NCBI GenBank assembly: GCA_964016885.1
Contig: OZ024744.1
Location: forward strand, 100,006,001-100,070,000
Direction: 5' to 3'
Length of the DNA: 64,000 nt
From: Eledone cirrhosa
Taxonomy: Eukaryota
Position 1 is the first letter of the stretch; every line of letters begins with the position of its first letter. Position numbers and translations under genes: made by a program. Positions 55,601 to 64,000 of this stretch are shown here, piece after piece. The notes below the pieces were generated by a model. It ran no database searches. It was not told where the DNA came from and saw nothing but the letters and a program-made list of their open reading frames with translations.

Positions 55601-58039
55601 CTGTAAAGAGACAATAGATGGTGGTAGTTGTAGCACTGTAAAACAGGGTGGTGGGCATGGTTGGAGAGCTGTAAAGAAACAATAGATGGTGGTAGTTGTA
55701 ACACTGTAAAACAGGGTGGTGGGCATGGTTGGAAAGCTGTAAAGAGACAGTAGATGGTGCTAGTTGTAGCACTGTAAAACAGGGTGGTGGGCATGGTTGG
55801 AGAGCTGTAAAGAAACAATAGATGGTGGTAGTTGTAGCGCTGTAAAACAGGGTGGTGGGCTTGGTTGGAGAGCTGTAAAGAAACAATAGATGGTGGTAGT
55901 TGTAACACTGTAAAACAGGGTGGTGGGCATGGTTGGAAAGCTGTAAAGAGACAGTAGATGGTGCTAGTTGTAGCACTGTAAAACAGGGTGGTGGGCATGG
56001 TTGGAGAGCTGTAAAGAAACAATAGAAGGTGGTAGTTGTAGCAGTGTAAAACAGGGTGGTGGGCATGGTTGGAGAGCTGTAAAGAGACAATAGATGGTGG
56101 TAGTTGTAGCACTGTAAAACAGGGTGGTGGGCATGGTTGGAGAGCTGTAAAGAAACAATAGATGGTGGTAGTTGTAGCACTGTAAAACAGGGTGTTGGGC
56201 ATGGTTGGAAAGCTGTAAAGAGACAGTAGATGGTGCTAGTTGTAGCACTGTAAAACAGGGTGGTGGGCATGGTTGGAGAGCTGTAAAGAAACAATAGAAG
56301 GTGGTAGTTGTAGCAGTGTAAAACAGGGTGGTGGGCATGGTTGGAGAGCTGTAAAGAGACAATAGATGGTGGTAGCTGTAGCAGTGTAAAACATGGTGGT
56401 GGGCATGGTTGGAGAGCTGTAAAGAGACAATAGATGGTGGTAGTTGTAGTACTGTAAAACAGGGTGGTGGGCATGGTTGGAGAGCTGTAAAGAAACAATA
56501 GATGGTGGGAGTTGTAGCACTGTAAAACAGGGTGGTGGGCATGGTTGGAGAGCTGTAAAGAAACAGTAGAAGGTGGTAGTTGTAGCACTGTAAAACAGGG
56601 TGTTGGTCATGGTTGGAGAGCTGTAAAGAGACAATAGATGGTGGTAGTTGTAGCACTGTAAAACAGGGTGGTGGGCATGGTTGGAGAGCTGTAAAGAGAC
56701 AATAGATGGTGGTAGTTGTAGCGCTGTAAAACAGGGTGGTGGGCTTGGTTGGAGAGCTGTAAAGAAACAGTAGATGGTGGTAGTTGTAGCACTGTAAAAC
56801 AGGGTGGTGGGCATGGTTGGAGAGCTGTAAAGAGACAATAGATGGTGGTAGTTGTAGCGCTGTAAAACAGGGTGGTGGGCTTGGTTGGAGAGCTGTAAAT
56901 AAACAGTAGATGGTGGTAGTTGTAGCACTGTAAAACAAAGTGGTGGGCATGGTTGGAGAGCTGTAAAGAGACAATAGAAGGTGGTAGTTGTAGCACTGTA
57001 AAACAAGGTGGTGGGCATGGTTGGAGAGCTGTAAAGAAACAATAGAAGGTGGTAGTTGTAGCACTGTAAAACAGGGTGGTGGGCATGGTTGGAGAGCTGT
57101 AAAGAAACAATAGATGGTGGAAGTTGTAGCTCTGTAAAACAGGGTGGTGGGCATGGTTGGAGAGCTGTAAAGAGACAATAGATGGTGGTAGTTGTAGTAC
57201 TGTAAAACAGGGTGGTGGGCATGGTTGGAGAGCTGTAAAGAAACAATAGATGGTGGTAGCTGTAGCAGTGTAAAACATGGTGGTGGGCATGGTTGGAGAG
57301 CTGTAAAGAGACAATAGATGGTGGTAGTTGTAGCACTGTAAAACAGGGTGGTGGGCATGGTTGGAGAGCTGTAAAGAAACAGTAGATGGTGGTAGTTGTA
57401 GTACTGTAAAACATGGTGGTGGGCATGGTTGGAGAGCTGTAAAGAAACAATAGAAGGTGGTAGTTGTAGCAGTGTAAAACAGGGTGGTGGGCATGGTTGG
57501 AGAGCTGTAAAGAGACAATAGATGGTGGTAGTTGTAGCACTGTAAAACATGGTGGTGGGCATGGTTGGAGAGCTGTAAAGAAACAATAGATGGTGGTAGT
57601 TGTAACACTGTAAAACAGGGTGGTGGGCATGGTTGGAGAGCTGTAAAGAAACAATAGATGGTGGTAGTTGTAGCACTGTAAAACAGGGTGGTGGGCATGG
57701 TTGGAGAGCTGTAAAGAGACAATAGATGGTGGTAGTTGTAGCACTGTAAAACAGGGTGGTGGGCATGGTTGGAGAGCTGTAAAGAAACAATAGATGGTGG
57801 TAGCTGTAGCAGTGTAAAACATGGTGGTGGGCATGGTTGGAGAGCTGTAAAGAGACAATAGATGGTGGTAGTTGTAGTACTGTAAAACAGGGTGGTGGGC
57901 ATGGTTGGAGAGCTGTAAAGAAACAATAGATGGTGGGAGTTGTAGCACTGTAAAACAGGGTGGTGGGCATGGTTGGAGAGCTGTAAAGAAACAGTAGAAG
58001 GTGGTAGTTGTAGCACTGTAAAACAGGGTGTTGGTCATG

Positions 58040-61000
58040 GTTGGAGAGCTGTAAAGAGACAATAGATGGTGGTAGTTGTAGCACTGTAAAACAGGGTGGT
58101 GGGCATGGTTGGAGAGCTGTAAAGAAACAATAGATGGTGGTAGTTGTAGCAGTGTAAAACATGGTGATGGGCATGGTTGGAGAGCTGTAAAGAGACAATA
58201 GATGGTGGTAGTTGTAGCACTGTAAAACAGGGTGGTGGGCATGGTTGGAGAGCTGTAAAGAAACAGTAGATGGTGGTAGTTGTAGTACTGTAAAACATGG
58301 TGGTGGGCATGGTTGGAGAGCTGTAAAGAAACAATAGAAGGTGGTAGTTGTAGCAGTGTAAAACAGGGTGGTGGGCATGGTTGGAGAGCTGTAGAGAGAC
58401 AATAGATGGTGGGTGTTGTAGCACTGTAAAACATGGTGGTGGGCATGGTTGGAGAGCTGTAAAGATAACAATAGATGGTGGTAGTTGTAACACTGTAAAA
58501 CAGGGTGGTGGGCATGGTTGGAGAGCTGTAAAGAAACAATAGATGGTGGTAGTTGTAGCACTGTAAAACAGGGTGGTGGGCATGGTTGGAGAGCTGTAAA
58601 GAGACAATAGATGGTGGTAGTTGTAGTACTGTAAAACAGGGTGGTGGGCATGGTTGGAGAGCTGTAAAGAAACAATAGATGGTGGTAGCTGTAGCAGTGT
58701 AAAACATGGTGGTGGGCATGGTTGGAGAGCTGTAAAGAGACAATAGATGGTGGTAGTTGTAGCACTGTAAAACAGGGTGGTGGGCATGGTTGGAGAACTG
58801 TAAAGAAACAATAGATGGTGGGAGTTGTAGCACTGTAAAACAGGGTGGTGGGCATGGTTGGAGAGCTGTAAAGAAACAGTAGAAGGTGGTAGTTGTAGCA
58901 CTGTAAAACAGGGTGTTGGTCATGGTTGGAGAGCTGTAAAGAGACAATAGATGGTGGTAGTTGTAGCACTGTAAAACAGGGTGGTGGGCATGGTTGGAGA
59001 GCTGTAAAGAAACAATAGATGGTGGTAGTTGTAGCAGTGTAAAACATGGTGATGGGCATGGTTGGAGAGCTGTAAAGAGACAATAGATGGTGGTAGTTGT
59101 AGCACTCTAAAACAGGGTGGTGGGCATTGTTGGAGAGCTGTAAAGAGACAGTAGATGGTGGTAGTTGTAGCACTGTAAAACAGGGTGGTGGGCCTGGTTG
59201 GAGAGCTGTAAAGATAACAATAGATGGTGGTAGTTGTAGCACTGTAAAACATGGTGGTGGGCATGGTTGGAGAGCTGTAAAGAAACAGTAGATGGTGGGA
59301 GTTGTAGCACTGTAAAACAGGGTGGTGGGCATGGTTGGAGAGCTGTAAAGAAACAGTAGAAGGTGGTAGTTGTAACACTGTAAAACAGGGTGGTGGGCAT
59401 GGTTGGAGAGCTGTAAAGAAACAATAGATGGTGGTAGTTGTAGCACTGTAAAACAGGGTGGTGGGCATGGTTGGAGAGCTGTAAAGAGACAATAGATGGT
59501 GGTAGTTGTAGCACTGTAAAACAGGGTGCTGGGCATGGTTGGAGAGCTGTATAGAGACAGTAGATGGTGGTAGTTGTAGCACTGTAAAACAGGGTGGTGG
59601 GCCTGGTTGGAGAGCTGTAAAGTTAACAATAGATGGTGGTAGTTGTAGCACTGTAAAACATGGTGGTGGGCATGGTTGGAGAGCTGTAAAGAAACAGTAG
59701 ATGGTGGTAGTTGTAGCACTGTAAAACAGGGTGGTGGGCATGGTTGGAGAGCTGTAAAGAAACAGTAGAAGGTGGTAGTTGTAGCACTGTAAAACAGGGT
59801 GATGGGCATGGTTGGAGAGCTGTAAAGAGACAATAGAAGGTGGTAGTTGTAGCACTGTAAAACAAGGTGGTGGGCATGGTTGGAGAGCTGTAAAGAAACA
59901 ATAGATGGTGGTAGTTGTAGCACTGTAAAACAGGGTGGTGTGCATGGTTGGAGAGCTGTAAAGAAACAGTAGAAGGTGGTAGTTGTAGCACTGTAAAACA
60001 GGGTGGTGGGAATGGTTGGAGAGCTGTAAAGAAACAGTAGATGGTGGTAATTGTAGCACTGTAAAACAGGGTGGTGGGCATGGTTGGAGAGCTGTAAAGA
60101 TACAGTTGATGGTGGGAGTTGTAGCACTGTAAAACAGGGTGGTGGGCATGGTTGGAGAGATGTAAAGAAACAATAGATGGTGGTAGTTGTAGCACTGTAA
60201 AACATGGTGGTGGGCATGGTTGGAGAGCTGTAAAGAGACAATAGATGGTGGTAGTTGTAGCACTGTAAAACAGGGTGGTGGGCATGGTTGGAGAGCTGTA
60301 AAGAGACAATAGATGGTGGTAGTTGTAGCACTGTAAAACAGGGTGGTGGGCATGGTTGGTGAGCTGTAAAGAGACAATAGATGGTGGTAGTTGTAGCACT
60401 GTAAAACAGGGTGGTGGGCATGGTTGGAGAGCTGTAAAGAGACAATAGATGGTGGTAGTTGTAGCACTGTAAAACAGGGTGGTGGGCATGGTTGGAGAGC
60501 TGTAAAGAGACAATAGATGGTGGTAGTTGTAGCACTGTAAATCAGGGTGGTGGGCATGGTTGGAGAGCTGTAAAGAAACAATAGATGGTGGTAGTTGTAG
60601 CACTGTAAAACAGCGTGGTGGGCATGGTTGGAGAGCTGTAATGAAACAGTAGATGGTGGTAGTTGTAGCACTGTAAAACATGGTGGTGAGCATGGTTGGA
60701 GAGCTGTAAAGAAACAATAGATGGTGGTAGTTGTAGCACTGTAAAACAGGGTGGTGGGCATGGTTGGAGAGCTGTAAAGAGACAGTAGATGGTGGTCGTT
60801 GTAGCACTGTAAAACAGGGTGGTGGGCATGGATGGAGAGCTGTAAAGAAACAGTAGATGGTGGTAGTTGTAGTACTGTAAAACATGGTGGTGGGCATGGT
60901 TGGAGAGCTGTAAAGATAACAATAGATGGTGGTAGTTGTAGCACTGTAAAACATGGTGGAGGGCATGGTTGGAGAGCTGTAAAGAAACAGTAGATTGTGG

Positions 61001-63500
61001 TAGTTGTAGCACTGTAAACCAGGGTGGTGGGCATAGTTGGAGAGCTGCAAAGAAACAGTAGATGGTGGTAGTTGTAGTACTGTAAAACATGGTGGTGGGC
61101 ATGGTTGGAGAGCTGTAAAGATAACAATAGATGGTGGTAGTTGTAGCACTGTAAATCAGGGTGGTGTGCACGGTTGGAGAGCTGTAAAGAAACAATAGAT
61201 GGTGGTAGTTGTAGCACTGTAAAACAGGGTGTTGGGCATGGTTGGAGAGCTGTAAAGAAACAGTAGAAGGTGGTAGTTGTAGCACTGTAAAACAGGGTGG
61301 TGGGCATGGTTGGAGAGCTGTAAAGAAACAGTAGATGGTGGTAGTTGTAGCACTGTAAAACAGGGTGGTGGGCATGGTTGGAGAGCTGTAAAGAGACAGT
61401 AGATGGTGGGAGTTGTAGCACTGTAAACAGGGTGGTGGGCATGGTTGGAGAGCAGTAAAGAAACAATAGATGGTGGTAGTTGTAGCACTGTAAAACAGGG
61501 TGGTGGGCATGGTTGGAGAGCTGTAAAGAGACAATAGATGGTGGTAGTTGCAGCACTGTAAAACAGGGTGGTGGGCATGGTTGGAGAGCTGTAAAGAGAC
61601 GATAGATGGTGGTAGTTGTAGCACTGTAAAACAGGGGGGTGGGCATGGTTGGAGAGCTGTAAAGAGACAATAGATGGTGGTAGTTGTAGCACTGTAAAAC
61701 AGGGTGGTGGGCATGGTTGGAGAGCTGTAAAGAAACAATAGATGGTGGTAGTTGTAGCACTGTAAAACAGGGTGGTGGGCATGGTTGGAGAGCTGTAAAG
61801 AGACAATAGATGGTGGTAGTTGTAGCACTGTAAAACAGGGTGGTGGGCATGGTTGGAGAGCTGTAAAGAAACAATAGATGGTGGTAGTTGTAGCACTGTA
61901 AAACAGGGTGGTGGTCATGGTTGGAGAGCTGTAAAGAAACAATAGATGGTGGTATTTGTAGCACTGTAAAACAGGGTGGTGGGCATGGTTGGAGAGCTGT
62001 AAAGAAACAATAGATGGTGGTAGTTGTAGCACTGTAAAACAGGGTTGTGGGCATGGTTGGAGAGCTGTAAAGAAACAGTAGAAGGTGGTAGTTGTAGCAC
62101 TGTAAAACAGGGTGGTGGGCATGGTTGGAGAGCTGTAAACAAACAGTAGATGGTGGTAGTTGTAGCACTGTAAAACAGGGTGGTGGGCATGGTTGGAGAG
62201 CTGTAAAGATACAGTAGATGGTGGGAGTTGTAGCACTGTAAAACAGGGTGGTGGGCATGGTTGGAGAGCTGTAAAGAAACAATAGATGGTGGTAGTTGTA
62301 GCACTGTAAAACAGGGTGGTGGGCATGGTTGGAGAGCTGTAAAGAGACAATAGATGGTGGTAGTTGTAGCACTGTAAAACAGGGTGGTGGGCATGGTTGG
62401 AGAGCTGTAAAAAAACAATAGATGGTGGTAGTTGTAGCACTGTAAAACAGGGTGGTGGGCATGGTTGGAGAGCTGTAAAGAAACAATAGATGGTGGTAGT
62501 TGTAGCAAAGTAAAACAGGTTGGTGGGCATGATTGGAGAGCTGTAAAGAAACAATAGATGGTGGTAGTTGTAGTACTGTAAAACAGGGTGGTGGGCATGG
62601 TTGGAGAGCTGTAAAGAGACAGTAGATGGTGGTAGTTGTAGCACTGTAAAACAGGGTGGTGGGCATGGTTGGAGAGCTGTAAAGAAACAGTAGATGGTGG
62701 TAGTTGTAGCACTGTAAAACAAGGTGGTGGGCATGGTTGGAGAGCTGTAAAGAGTCAATAGAAGGTGGTAGTTGTAGCACTGTAAAACAAGGTGGTGGGC
62801 ATGGTTGGAGAGCTGTAAAGAAACAATAGATGGTGGTAGCTGTAGCAGTGTAAAACATGGTGGTGGGCATGGTTGGAGAGCTGTAAAGAGACAATAGATG
62901 GTGGTAGTTGTAGTACTGTAAAACAGGGTGGTGGGCATGGTTGGAGAGCTGTAAAGAAACAATAGATGGTGGTAGTTGTAGCACTGTAAAACAGGGTGGT
63001 GGGCATGGTTTGAGAGCTGTAAAGAAACAATAGATGGTGGTAGTTGTAGCACTGTAAAACAGTGTGGTGGGCATGGTTGGAGAGCTGTAAAGAAACAGTA
63101 GATGGTGGTACTTGTAGCACTGTAAAACAGGGTGGTGGGCATGGTTGGAGAGCTGTAAAGAAACAATAGATGGTGGAAGTTGTAGCTCTGTAAAACAGGG
63201 TGGTGGGCATGGTTGGAGAGCTGTAAAGAGACAATAGATGGTGGTAGTTGTAGTACTGTAAAACAGGGTGGTGGGCATGGTTGGAGAGCTGTAAAGAAAC
63301 AATAGATGGTGGTAGCTGTAGCAGTGTAAAACATGGTGGTGGGCATGGTTGGAGAGCTGTAAAGAGACAATAGATGGTGGTAGTTGTAGCACTGTAAAAC
63401 AGGGTGGTGGGCATGGTTGGAGAGCTGTAAAGAAACAGTAGATGGTGGTAGTTGTAGTACTGTAAAACATGGTGGTGGGCATGGTTGGAGAGCTGTAAAG
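58040..63500 (+). repeat. Dispersed copy of the ~30.6-36 kb block (offset 27477 bp), carrying only one copy of the 27-mer
   Basis: 31443/58920, 31630/59107, 32146/59623, 33065/60542 and 33679/61156 are all offset by 27477. The downstream markers (ctgtaaacagg, agcagtaaag, gacgatag, caggggggt, ggtattt, gcaaagt) follow in the same order. Confidence 0.85.
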
Positions 63501-64000
63501 AAACAATAGAAGGTGGTAGTTGTAGCAGTGTAAAACAGGGTGGTGGGCATGGTTGGAGAGCTGTAAAGAGACAATAGATGGTGGTAGTTGTAGCACTGTA
63601 AAACATGGTGGTGGGCATGGTTGGAGAGCTGTAAAGAAACAATAGATGGTGGTAGTTGTAACACTGTAAAACAGGGTGGTGGGCATGGTTGGAGAGCTGT
63701 AAAGAAACAATAGATGGTGGTAGTTGTAGCACTGTAAAACAGGGTGGTGGGCATGGTTGGAGAGCTGTAAAGAGACAATAGATGGTGGTAGTTGTAGCAC
63801 TGTAAAACAGGGTGGTGGGCATGGTTGGAGAGCTGTAAAGAAACAATAGATGGTGGTAGCTGTAGCAGTGTAAAACATGGTGGTGGGCATGGTTGGAGAG
63901 CTGTAAAGAGACAATAGATGGTGGTAGTTGTAGTACTGTAAAACAGGGTGGTGGGCATGGTTGGAGAGCTGTAAAGAAACAATAGATGGTGGGAGTTGTA

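Larger units (their letters stand above)
1..64000 (+). repeat. 68-bp tandem satellite array, ~940 head-to-tail monomers in one orientation, extending beyond both window ends
   Basis: Positions 1-68 (ggtggtgggc...ctgtaaaacag) recur at 69, 137 and onward to the window end. Most monomers differ from consensus at only a few positions. Rare 69-bp (aaagataaca, aaagttaaca, agtttggtgcac) and 67-bp variants occur. The ORF track shows the same periodic peptide everywhere, so there is no sizeable foreign insertion. Confidence 0.99.

Noticed and set aside
133-63982. Dozens of long minus-strand ORFs (up to 2791 aa) as protein-coding genes
   Set aside because: They overlap in all three frames, encode the same cyclic peptide, have a DNA period not divisible by 3, lack any unique domain, and start or stop only at sporadic monomer variants. 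This is a translation artefact of the satellite.
1-64000. CRISPR array (a 68-bp period resembles repeat+spacer, and there is a short inverted repeat)
   Set aside because: There are no unique spacers: the whole monomer is conserved apart from point variants. No leader or cas genes are present.
1-64000. Telomerase-type telomeric repeat (G-rich strand)
   Set aside because: The 68-bp unit with higher-order block duplications and no TTAGGG-like short unit does not fit telomerase synthesis. A subtelomeric or recombination-maintained terminal location cannot be excluded from this window.

Overview
The whole 64 kb window is one uninterrupted, single-orientation tandem array (satellite DNA) of a 68-bp monomer, about 940 copies. 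The consensus is GGTGGTGGGCATGGTTGGAGAGCTGTAAAGARACARTAGAWGGTGGTAGTTGTAGCACTGTAAAACAG (~46% GC, G>>C on +, no CpG). Both window ends lie inside the array. I see no genuine gene, RNA gene, transposon or CRISPR array. All giant minus-strand ORFs follow from the monomer's reverse complement having no stop triplet and 68 not being a multiple of 3, so every frame cycles through the same 68-aa peptide. The informative structure is in the variant monomers. They define nested higher-order duplications (2-, 3-, 7-, 8-, 13-, 22-, 25/28-, 27-, 51/56-, 53- and 89-116-monomer offsets), dispersed 10-28 kb block copies, a left-to-right turnover of diagnostic variants, and an internal two-subrepeat architecture that has recombined. 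A eukaryotic (peri)centromeric or subtelomeric satellite is the likeliest interpretation (inference); the organism cannot be determined from this window. Block boundaries were read by eye and are approximate to within 1-2 monomers.
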